Source: Chrysemys picta bellii (Eukaryota). Taken from it: a stretch of 64,000 bases of DNA. The notes under the pieces were generated by a model. It did no database searches. It worked only from the letters and a program-made list of their open reading frames with translations, and was not told the origin of the DNA. The stretch lies in the NCBI RefSeq assembly GCF_011386835.1, contig NC_088806.1:27156001-27220000 (forward strand), read 5' to 3'. Positions 22,612 through 34,500 of this stretch are shown here, one piece after another; the first letter of the stretch is position 1, and each line of letters opens with the position of its first letter. A program made the position numbers and the translations under genes.

Positions 22612-25600
22612 TTAGGAAATTGGCATTATGATAAGCAACACACCTTTCCTTTTGTTAAATGTTGCTGTAGTTGCTTCTTCATCAACCAATTCTGGCAAAT
22701 CCAGCTGTAATCTGTATTTTTCAGGGACTTCAACGATTACATCATCCTAAAACAGGCAAATTAAAATACTCCGTGAGCAAGTATATGTGTTAGTTTAAGT
22801 GACTTTCTAAGCCTGTTTGGGTTCAACAGAGAGAAAACACAGGTTTTCATTCCTGCAAAACTTACCCTTGAAATGCTCAGTTCACATTCAGAAACGGAAC
22901 TAACTTTAGGCAATTCAACTTTCAGTTCAATCTTTAGAGGTTTCCCATTTGAATCCTTTGCAATGGTCAGTTCATAGGCAGGTGTGATTGGCTCCTCTGG
23001 CAGCTCCATACTGGCAATCTCTTCTATCAGATGCACTTTAGACTGTGTAACATCCTTGTTCAGCAGCAGTGTAGCATTATTGTGATCCTCCTCTCTGAGG
23101 TTGTGCTTCATCTGGTCCAGTGTCAGTTCTTCCAGAAAAAATATTAGTCACACAGGTAGTTACTAAAATATCATCTTAGAAATAGTTTAGCTGTAGGTTT
23201 AACTGATGGATTTATACCAGTTGGCAAAATGTGCCAAAACTTAAGTCTCAGCTTTGTGATTATGAACTCAGCTGCTACAGCTTGTATACTAATTTCATGG
23301 AGCTCTTTCCATCTTCATTCCTCATTTCCAATTTTATTTGTAAGTAGGTACAAGATTGAAACTCAAGTTTCCAGTGTTCTGTACCTTACAGTGACACCAC
23401 AAAGGCCTGATTCTACTGGGCCCAAGCCTGCAAGATGCTCAGCATCTCGCAGGAACAGGGTACAAGTCAGTTTCAATATCCTTTAGGTTTCATGGAGATG
23501 GAAAGTAACATTGTAGCCACCCCTCACATGGACAGGACCTTTCCCATTTCCATTACACCATTTCTTGACAGTAATTTAAAAAGTGTACGTACCATTCCTC
23601 ACGTTCTTGTTGAAAAGTGGAGCTGGTAGTGGCCCTCCTCCCAGACTCTGTTTCATCCTTTTCAGGCTTCCTTTGAGTGTGAATGTTGCAATGTGGTAAG
23701 AGTGGGAGAGAGAGAGGTTGTAATGCTCCGCAATGTATTTAAATGTCAGACGGATCAAGTGATCCATTTCTGCTTGGTTCTCCTCTCGCTGAAGAACAGT
23801 CGGATTATATGCAATATCTATGATGGAGTAAATCTCTAGAAAAACAATGAGTGTCAAAAATTATTGCTGTACTGCTACAATCTGTTTTATAGGGGATAGA
23901 ATACACCATCTGCCATAGCTACAGGAGGGGTAACCTATATTAAGAATAATTTTGATGCTTTTCATTATTGAATGTTTTGAAGAATCAATAATATGAAGAG
24001 GGGAGTGGCTTGATCTGTGGTTTCCTATGAGGAGCTGGTTCCAGAAAACTGACCTACAGAAAATACCACTCCCATCCAGCAGACCACTTATGTACATGTG
24101 TAAAGTTAAGCATGGAAGTAATTTCCCTGCATTTAATGGAACTGAGACTACTCGTGTGTTTAAAGATTGGTACACGCGCTAAAGCCCCAATCCTGCAAGG
24201 CACTTAAGCATTTAGTGTGATGTTCTGCTTTTTCAGAAGGAACAACTGATTTTACTTTGGGTTCAGTCTATGCCTCCTCCACCTTCAAGTTGCAAGCTAT
24301 AAGCCAGCCAATGGCATTCCAAAAGGACTGCTCTTTGCCAAAGTTATGTCTTTGCCTTGCCAATACAATACTACAGAAATGAGAGGAAAGCGTCCTAACT
24401 GTGGCACGTACAAAGAGTATTTTGGAACCCATTATGTACTTGCCTGCTTTATCGGACACCTCCTCTAGTGAGCCAGCACGTAGAGGTATTGGATCAGTAG
24501 GTGACTTAGGAGCTGGGACCCTTTTCCACCTGCAGAGGTTAATGAACAATGATTTTTCATTAGGATCCTGCAAAGAGAACCCAAAACCACTTAATTACCA
24601 CAAATGTTTAGGTCCCCTTATATCCAAAAGTGCAGTGGAACCAAATGGTCAACAACAGAGTAAAATCATAGGTCACTTCCAAATCCTTAACTACCTATAA
24701 ACTTCTTTGTTCAACTTTATAGAAAACCGGTAAAGAGCTATGTTTGTCTCCCTGCCCACAGGGCTTTCGTATTGAAGAAAAGATACACTGACATGTACAC
24801 CAGGAGCAGGATAGGATTTAAATACAGTTTATGAACATTGATTTTAGGGACACAAAGGGGCCTTTTTACCAGAAACAGCAACAGTACGAGTCTTGTCACA
24901 GTCTGTGCTATGTAGGACATTCAACAACAAACCAGCACTGCTTTAGAGTCTGACTGTGACTTATAGTTGTGCCAGCATAACTGGGGAGTACTTCCACTGC
25001 GGTCAATGGAGTTACACTGCTGCAATAGTCTGAGAGGAGAATCAGGTTTCTAGTATCTAGGAGCTGGCTACTTCCATAGCACAAGGGGGGAGAGCTGCCT
25101 CTCTAAAGACTTGTATTCACTGCCCAGAGGTACCAGTATCCAGCTCAAGTTATGGGGTTCACCCTCTCAAGGTTTACTGTGCTCTTAGATGCAGAATATA
25201 TCCTGGATTTCCATGTTACATTAAGTGATCTGCTATGATCATCAATTCTGACAGAATCTCAGAGCTAGGAATCGAGCTCTATCACAATGGGATGCATTCC
25301 AGTTTATTAATGAACCTCAGCCCACAAAGTATGCCTTCCTGAATTATACGTGATCTCCTCTAGGCCCTTACTTTTCCCATGGACACTGCTTGGTTTAATT
25401 AGGAATGGCTTTGTATTTAACACTAGAATTCATATCTGCATCTGCTGCTCTTTCCAGTTCCATGTAAACATGGTGTTTTTCCCACAGGCATATAGACCAG
25501 TTGGATAACCTGACTCTGACAATGGCTATTGCCCAATGCTTCTGTGAAAATAAAAATCTTCCACAATGCACCTCTTTGTGCCCTCCATGATAGTGTATTT

Positions 25601-26187
25601 TGGGAAGGAGCACTGGCTCATACCCTGAAGCACAAAGCATGAGAACTTTTATTATTTTTATCCTAGCCAGTGGCACTGCAGAGGCTGTTTTTCCTCACAA
25701 AAATCAAATCCTTTTTTAACCTTATTGAGCCATTAGGCTGAATGATATCCTCATTCCTTCCCTCACTGGTGTCTCAGTTCTCTTGGGTCTCTAGCAGTGA
25801 ACACTGGTGCTCAGAAGGACCGTCACCCGCTCCCAAGGGTATTCAGATAGCCTGTGCGGGCTCCCATGACACAGCTCAGTTAGTAGTGGCTGGTTAGGGC
25901 CTTTTTGCAGCGGGAAGCATCTTCCAGGCACTACCATTGCCGGGTGAGATCCTACTGGAAACTCATGGCTCTTTCATAGTATAAGCCCTTGCCCCGCGTA
26001 CCAGTATGTGGGTCTGTAGGCAAAGATGTGGTTCAGGGGGAGCGCAATATTGCTTTGCATCCTCCAGCTGCTGCTGCATGAATCTGTGGTAACTCTCAGG
26101 GGTGCTTTCTGCCATCTCATCCAGCATACTCCAGAGCTGGGTCACTTGAGTCAGCATGTCCTCTGGGTGAGCAGGAGCCGCCATCAT
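22612..26187 (-). CDS. PIH1D2: PIH1 domain-containing protein 2 (dynein assembly co-chaperone), 316 aa, 5 coding exons
   Basis: Minus-strand exons 26187-26002, 24567-24444, 23835-23593, 23128-22866 and 22746-22612; 951 nt in frame. Motifs LTQVTQLWSMLDEMAE, PEPHLCLQT, LFINLCRWKRVPAP, IIDIAYNP, LSHSYHI, KPLKIELKVELP and C-terminal KYRLQLDLPE...LLIIMPIS*. The acceptor of the first coding exon is at 26234. The donor after 24444 is GC. Confidence 0.93.
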
Positions 26188-26385
26188 TAGCACAAATGTC
26201 CCTCAGGAAGCAGCACGGGTCCCACGCTTAATGCCTATAAGAGAAAAAAGAGAATTAGGGGGAGTATCTGCTTTGAACAGGTGCCCTTCACGGGGTCCAT
26301 GGGGTTTGTATCCTCGACTCCAGGGCAAAATATGTTCTAGTCACAAGAAAAAGGATGGGGGATCTACCTGCCAACCGCTTCCCCT

Positions 26386-27288
26386 GTCCCCTTGACCCCA
26401 CCCTAGCGCCCCGTGCTGCCCCCTTGACCCCACCCCAGATCCCCCCGTGCCGCCCCCTTGGCTCCACCCCAGCGCCCCCTTGACCCCCACCCCAGCGCCC
26501 CCGTGCCGTCCCCTTGACCCCCACCCCAGCATTCCCGTGCCGCCCCCTTGGCCCCACCCCAGCGCCCCCCGTGCCGTCCCCTTGGCCCCCACCCCAGCGC
26601 CCCCCGTGCCGTCCCCTTGGCCCCCACCCCAGCGCCCCTGTGCCGCCCCCTTGACCCCCACCCCAGCGCCCCTGTGCCGCCCCCTTGACCCCCACCCCAG
26701 CGCCCCTGTGCCGCCCCCTTGATTCCCACCCCAGCGCCCCCGTGCCGCCCCTTTGGCCCCACCCCAGCGCCCCCCGTGCCGTCCCCTTGACCCCCACCCC
26801 AGCGCCCCCCGTGCCGTCCCCTTGGCCCCCACCCCAGCGTTCCCGTGCCGCCCCTTTGGCCCCACCCCAGCGCCCCCCGTGCCGTCCCCTTGACCCCCAC
26901 CCCAGCGCCCCCCGTGCCGTCCCCTTGGCCCCCACCCCAGCGCCCCCCGTGCCGCCTCCTTGGCCCCCACCCCAGCGCCCCCCGTGCCGTCCCCTTGACC
27001 CCCACCCCAGCGCCCCCGTGCCGCCCCCTTGGCCCCCACCCCAGCGCCCCTGTGCCGTCCCCTTGACCCCCACCCCAGCGCCCCCGTGCCGCCCCTTTGG
27101 CCCCACCCCAGCGCCCCCGTGCCGTCCCCTTGACCCCCACCCCAGCGCCCCCGTGCCGCCCCTTTGGCCCCACCCCAGCGCCCCCGTGCCGTCCCCTTGG
27201 CCCCCACCCCAGCGCCCCCGTGCCGTCCCCTTGGCCCCCACCCCAGCGTCCCCCCTTGACCCCCACCCCAGCGCCCCCGTGCCGCCCC
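26386..27288. repeat. C-rich (+)/G-rich (-) minisatellite in the PIH1D2 5' intron
   Basis: About 26 copies of a 33-35 bp unit cccccaccccagcgcccccgtgccg(t/c)ccccttg(a/g). Confidence 0.92.
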
Positions 27289-27299
27289 ACTCTCTCCCC

Positions 27300-27570
27300 T
27301 TCACTCGCCACACAGATCCTGCCTCCGGGTACACGACGCCGTTTCCATAGCAACCGCCGCGGAAGTCCCCCGGAAGTAGAAGTGTCGTAACATCCCCCCC
27401 AGCTCCCTGAGTTCCGATTCCCGACTGGGTCCCCACGCCGGAGCTGCGTCTCTCCCGCCCCGAACCCTCCGGATCGGGCCCCCCGCAGGCAGCCCAGTGC
27501 TTCCGGTGGAAGCACTTCCGGGGCACTCACTTCCGGGTGGAAGGAGCGAGCACCCCCTTTCCTCCGTGGG
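27300..27570. promoter_or_regulatory. Bidirectional CpG-island promoter of PIH1D2 and NKAPD1, including the non-coding NKAPD1 exon 1
   Basis: RFX X-box GTTTCCATAGCAAC at 27341-27354; five ETS/GABP cores (CGGAAG or CTTCCG) near 27360, 27371, 27500, 27515 and 27530; donor GG|GTGAGA at 27570. Confidence 0.7.
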
Positions 27571-28545
27571 TGAGACGGGCTCTGGGTTGGGGGGGGGGGA
27601 GTTAGGAGCCCGCAGGGGGCGCGCTGGGTCGGGGGTTCTGGGGGAGGACAGGGGGTGAGGAGGGGGAGGGATGAGGATTGTGCGGGGGCGGGGTGGGGTG
27701 GGGGGGTGTCTCCCGAGGCCTGAATGTATCTGTGTGGGCCTAGACCTCGCCCACCCCCGCTCCTCCCCACCAGGTGCCCAGTGCTGGGGCAGCCACCTGC
27801 TGCCCTGGCTCCCTGCCAGCCGGCACTGTTCCTGCTTTCCCCATCAGCGCCTCCAGCCTGGCTGTCCACGTGTTGCTACTGATGGGTCCCAGGCGGGCTG
27901 GTGCTTTGGGCTGAGATTGAAGCAAATCTCCCTAGATCGCCCTGCTCTCCAGGTGATCCCTTTATTTCCTGCCCTGATCTGCTGTGAGCTGTCAGCCCAC
28001 TGCTGGGTGATACCACACAGGGGGCTGTGCTTCAATGGTGGGTGAATGGCTGTATAGGTAGGGCCTGGGTCTCTCTTCACCATGTCAGTTTTACATTAGC
28101 ATCGCTCCTTGATGTCAGTCCAGTTACTTCTGACTTATGCTGGGGTAAGTGGGAGCAGGCTCAGAGCCACACTATGTTAAGCGATCAACATGGAAATATT
28201 AGATTGAGAGACATGGAGTAATTTTCACTTATCTTCTTGTTGATATGAGATAAAGAGATTTATCAGAGACTGTGGATGTGGGTACCTACTGCTGAATCAT
28301 CCTTTCTAGCCTCTGCACATGCAGACTGTCTCATAGGAGGCTTAGTTTTGGGGTAATACAGTGGCTTCTTAGGCAACACACCTCTCAGCCTGAGACAATA
28401 GCACATTTACTGTCACACAGATGGAAAAAACTTGCTTTTACGCTATTCATCTCCCTGTCCTGACAAGAGCATTTTCTGCATTACAGAGTCTTATGTATGA
28501 TTATCTAATAGCTTTATTTTTTGTTACTTCTGTGAAGGTTAAAGA

Positions 28546-31500
28546 ATGTCCCGGGTCCCTTTAGGGAAAGTCCTCTTACGAAATGTCATTCGTCATACTG
28601 ATGCACACAACAAGGTATGGGACCATGTTCTATTTCTTTGCTTCTCTCTCCTGTGGTAAAGTATGGTACTATCTCTGATAGCTCTTCTTCCACTCTGGGC
28701 TCTCTGTAAACTCAAAAGCTTGTCTCTTTCACAAACAGAAGTTAGTCCAATCAGAGATATTAGCTTATCCCCCTTGTCTTTCTGATACAGTCTGACTTTC
28801 CTCCTGTATATCAAGGTCTATTTCCTGTTACTTTAGTGTTGCATGTCCAGAGTTAGGATATTTACAAGGGAAAGCTCTTTCTTGATTCCATTGTGTCAAG
28901 CTATGCTATTTTCATGTTGTTGTTGCTAAATTATGATGGCTAAACTTAAGTTGTTCCACACAGCACCTCAGTTCAGCACACAAGTATATTTTTTGAAGGT
29001 AGAAATTTCTGCAGCGCATCATTGGGGTCCTTTGTGCCCTATAGCAGCTGGAGGAAGAGAGGTCCATGCTACTTCCTAAATTTAAGATATTTATTACTCA
29101 TCTTAAAAACTTACACTAATTTTAAATTTAGCAGACAAAGCTTAGGGTGAAGTTCACTCTTGGGCAGAAGACCAGCACAAGGCCCCTAGTTTGGGAGTGT
29201 ATGTGGGGCAAATGCGAAATAACACAAAACACCCTGCAGTGTTGGCTCCTGTTCTGCGGGGCTGGACGTAGCTCGCCTCTCCACGCGTTGCCACCTGGGT
29301 CACAGCACAGCTTGCTCAAATTTGACCCAGCTGCCCCTCCATCATCATGATGGAGGGTTGGCTGGGCCAAACCTGACGGTGCTGAAACTCCATGCACCAG
29401 GTCTCAGTGGCTGGAGCTAAGCCCAGCCCCGCAGGACAGGAGCCACTGCTGCATGGTGAGAGTGGGGAGGGTTTGCTCTGCAACCCACCTGTCTGTCCCA
29501 GGCCTTTTCCCCTACCCCAGGGGCAGGACACGACCAGACCAAACCCAACCCACCTCCAGGGCCTCTACCCCCATGATCCAACCCACCTACTAAGAGTAGA
29601 TAACATGAAATAACACTACATTGCCAAAAATAAAATGAAAAAAAATATATAAGCATTACAAGCATTTCAGAGGGCTCTATTTCAGACTTAGGTGGTGCCA
29701 AGGCTATCTGCTAATTTTCTGCACAGAAGTGAATTTAATCCTGAATGCACAGGTGAATTAATTTTTAAAGGGGCCCCATCAGTTGAAAAAACAAAACAAA
29801 AAACAAAACATTTTTTGCACAAGCACAGCTCCTTACCTACATTACTAACAATGACTTGTATTTTTACTAATCTAGCTTTTCCCTGTTTAAACTCTTGTTT
29901 TGTTTTTTGCCTCTCTCTCAGCTAGGGCAATGAAAAGTCAGTTTCACTTTCAGATGCTAAGTGCTGCCTTGTTTGATTTGTAGGCATGGCAAGGGACTAT
30001 TTACTTACAAGTTTCATTTATTTAAAAATAATGGAAGTGTTTGTGGCTCTGATGTCTTGTAAAAGCTTTTTTTCTACAACATTTACTTTGAGTGTTGTCG
30101 TCTCTTTAAGATAAATTAAAATAATATTTTTTCTTAATGTTTGTTAGGTTTTTGTGTCGCTGTAAAACAGATCCCTGTTTCACTTTGAATTTGAATTTCA
30201 CTTCAGTGCACAAGGCTGGTATTTTCTGAGAGATTTAGAAATTGGCCCTTTTTTACTAAGGCATTTAATTCATCAGACTCATTTTCCAAAAAGGCATTTA
30301 TCTCATATGTGCTTAAGATGATGCCACATGCACAACAAGGCTATGTGAACAAAATCTGAGTCAAAGCGCTGGGTATGCTGTATTTTCAAGCGTTTAACAT
30401 GAATACGCACTTGGGACTCAGCTCTGCAATAGATATGTTATCAGAACTCTGGAGGAGTGCAGCGCTCCAATGAGGGAGAGATTCTGTATGAACTGAAGGG
30501 TCCACCTGCATGGACCAGATTACAGAATAAGGCTCCTCATCTATAAAACAAAATTATTTGCCGCTGCAGCTAATTCTCATTATGACATTTCTCATTTTGG
30601 TTAACCTGATGTAGCTAAAAAGGCTCATTTATGTCACTGCAGCAGGTCAGCTTAGTTTGAAATCCCTCAAACTTCAATTATTGACCCAGAAGAAGTGAGG
30701 TTACAATGTTTCATAGTTGCAAAGCATCACTTCTGTAGGGTACTTAATTTTATTTTCTCATTTTCTTTATATTTTTCAGATTCAGGAAGAATCAGAAATG
30801 TGGAAAATAAGGGAGCTGGAGAAGCAGACTCAAGAGACTTACCGGTGGAAGCAAGGGAGAATGTCACCCAATACCTCCAGGTGGGACTGTTATCTGGAGG
30901 AAATAATCCTCTTTACTACTCTGTATTGTAGTATTATTTAATGTTTACAAAGCTCTTTAAAGAGAGAGCAAGAGCCCTGTGTAAGGGCCAAAAATTTATT
31001 AACCATTTTGGTGACCACACAGGAGCATCCCTATATAATCCTGTTGTAACAGGGTTCACCCATCACTGTGGTGCCTCCTGCTGGCTGTCTTGGGGTTTGG
31101 CTCTGCATATTAGCACACCTTCTTGAGTGGTCCCTTGCCACTATCACTCCTACTCTAGGACCCACCTCTCTCTAAGGACCGTGGCATCCTCTTCAGTGAC
31201 ACAGCCCTCTGGCTGTGCTACACACTGTACTCTCTCATTCCGGGAGATCTGCAGTCTGCTGTTCAGCCATTTCCCTTTGTGGCTGCTGCTGCAAATTGGC
31301 CACTTTCTCATGGCCCCATCATCCTTTTTGCTCTTGCCTCAGCCTGCAAACCCCAGCAGCCAGGAGTTGTCTTTCACTCTCCTGCTCCCTGCTTACAGCA
31401 CTGCTTTCTCCAGAAGGTTGGCAGTTTTCTCAGTCCTCCAGAGATACAGTCCTGGACTCCCAGCAGAGAACTGCCCTTCTCTGCCCCGCAGCTCCCTTTT

Positions 31501-34500
31501 TATATGGGCCTGCTTGGCCCTGATTGGCTGCTCCCATCAGCCCTTCTCTGATTGGCTGCCTCCTGCACCGCCTCCCTAGGGCTCTATTAACTCCTTAGAG
31601 CCCAGTGTGGGGCAGGTGCTCCATCACACCTATATACACCACACTTCCTGTTGAAGTTTCACACTGCATCTTTATGGGGTGATCCAGGTGTGCAGTTTTA
31701 AAAATATATAACTTTAGATAGGTTGGGGCCTCTGAAATAGCAAGATTATAGTTTGGTTAAGAAGTGTTAAGAAATGTGATACAGTGACATCTGAAAAGTG
31801 TGTGCTGTCTTTGGTAGATGTACTCAGTGCTGGTGCATTAGTATTTATAGTGTGATGTGGGTTATCACTAAATGAAATCATTCTGACCCAAGGTCTTGCA
31901 CCACATAAATTCCTCCCAGCTCCTGTCCAGTATTAATGTAGGTAATAGCAGGTCACCTGTGGGTACTCTCACCATAACAAACTGGTTAAATGGTCATTGG
32001 TGTGCTTGAAGATCTCACAAGCTAAGCAGGATCAAGTTGGTTTGTACATGGGTGAAGACTTTCAAGGAATGAGCAAGTGATGTGAGAAGTGGTTTTGTTA
32101 ACTCTTGCGTTTGAGTATATATTGAGCTCAGTGGCCCAGCTTGGTGCTGGGAGAGGCTATCTTTTAGATGACCTGTAAAAGTGAAGTCGTGATCAGTTGT
32201 AATCATTAAAGACCCCATGGCACTTTTTATTTGGTTCGGGCTGTTAACCCTGGTATTCTCACCAATTTCCAACTACAGTAATTATGTTCCCCCTCCAGTT
32301 TGTATTGGATACTGTCATCTTTATTTCCTGCCTTAAATTGTTGTGTCACTGTGCACTGTTAAGCAGCTGCTGCGATCCATTCCAGGGGTGGTAGCATTTC
32401 AGTGGTGCTTGACATGTTACATACTTGCCTTTTCAGAGTACTGTGAGGTATAATTAATTATTGTTTACAAAGTGATTTGAGAAACTGATGAAAGGCAACT
32501 GTCTGTGCAAGTCATTTATTAATCATTGGGTTGGTCCCATGGAAGCTCTGAGTGGAGATGGAGTGAATCTCTTTGCATGGACTCACATCCAGAGACTGTT
32601 GCATGTGTGCTTTCTCCCCAATGCCCTCTGTGCCCTAGATTGATTGATTGATTGCTCAAAAAGTCATTTGTTCCTCTGAATTGACCACTGGAGAACACTC
32701 ATTTTCTCTCTGCAGTAGTCGGATGCGCAGTGACGGTTTCGATGAGGAGAGCCAAAGGGCTGACTGGAAGGCAAAGAACTTTATGCATTTTCCTGACATG
32801 ATCGAAGACGACCTTCTCAGGGCTCGGACCTGGAATAAGAAGCTCTACGAATGTGAAGCCAACATGCCAGATAGGTTTGTGGGTGAATTACTATCCTGGC
32901 ATGGTTCCTGTAGAAAAAGTATCTGGTACTTTATGGCCCCCACATTTCACAAAAGTTAGTGAAATGATCCTCACAACACTCCTGTGCAATAAGGAAGTAG
33001 TATCATCCCCATTTTACACGTGGTAAAGTGAGGTACAGGGAGACTTAAGTAACCTGTCCAGTGTCATACAAAGCCAGGAACTGAGCACAGATCTTCTGAG
33101 TTTCAGTCCTGTGCCTTAGTCACAAGAGCATTCTTCCTCTCTGGCACTAAATAAATACAGCCCTAAACCCAAGACTTGTTTAGTACTGCTCCCTGTAGAA
33201 TTTAACCAAATCTACTTATGATATTCAGGTAGCTAATCTCCCAGATATACAGGGAAATACTAGTCAATGCTTTTGGGGGTATTTCTAAGAAACAGGAGCT
33301 GCATTGTGCCTCCCTGAACTCCTCCTTTACTGCCATTTTAGCTAATTGTTTCATTCCTCCAGGTGTCTTTTTTTATTTTTATTAGCACCCAGTCCTAATC
33401 TGGCTGTTGGCATTCTTGCTGCTTGAAATTCTTGTACAGCTGTAATTCTGTATTTGGATAGGTTTTAGATGTTGAATCTAGTAGTATGTAGATTTTACCA
33501 CAGTGATAAAGGAACATATACTTGTGTTTTGCATTATAAATGGAGTTTTGTGATCACACAATTGAATACAAATGAAACCCTCTTACTATGGGGAAACGCA
33601 TAGGGTGAGCAAAGCAAATTGTACACCAAGTCAATGGCAAAACTTGCAGTGACTTCAGTGAGGCTAAGATTTCACCCCATGTTCCCTGGGTGTTCATGAG
33701 AAGTGTGAATTCCCAAATCATTGGGCTTCTGCCGCACAGGGAGATACAAATTCCCTACCAGAAAAAAGCAAAGCGGTCGTTAGTCTGCTCAGAATGGTCT
33801 AAACAGAACCTAGGAAAGCAAAATGTTAGCACCTTAAACAAGTAAGGAAGATACTAGCTGTTATTGCTCCGGACTCCTTGTTTTGTATTTTTCCTAAAGC
33901 TCTCTCTTTCATTTCACCCTCATTTTGGTTCTGAATATCCTGTGTGGTTTTAACATGTTTCCTGCTGTTCTCTTGCAGATGGGGTCACAGTGGCTATAAA
34001 GAGTTATATCCAGAGGAATTTGATACTGACAGGTAAGGGCAAACAGGTCTACTGAAAAGTCCAACATCTTAATTTCTGTCAAGTTACACATTGAAATATA
34101 GCACTTGTACCTCTCCAATATAGACTGTAAATTGACCTTTCAAGGCAGAATTGAATTGTTTACCTAGCAGACATGTGGCCTGAAATGCCAGTCCATTAAT
34201 GTGTTCTCTTACTCAAAACAATTCTGACAATAATGTGAGAGGGCTGGCTTCACTTCATAAGGCATAAATATTCAGTTAAGGCTTGAATGCTGTCCTTACT
34301 TTGCCCATATGTGGCACCATTCCTGCGGTGAAGAGCCCTCCCTGTTCTGAGCCCTGAGAGGTGATTGTATCTCTTCTAATAACAGGACATCCAGCTTTAA
34401 CCCTGTGTTAAGAGTGACTGAAATGTTATGCAAATAAGTGTTTGGCTTCTTGGAGTTTGGCAATTTCCTAAAGTGATCCAGCTTCCACTGACTGGCTGTG

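Noticed and set aside
27300-27320. Possible GC donor (TG|GCGAGT, minus strand) for non-coding PIH1D2 exon 1
   Set aside because: No reading-frame constraint supports it; it cannot be called without transcript data.
26288-27869. Long Gly/Arg/Trp- or Pro-rich ORFs of 221-488 aa
   Set aside because: They are translations of the 34-bp minisatellite and CpG island, open in many frames on both strands because the repeat lacks stop codons.
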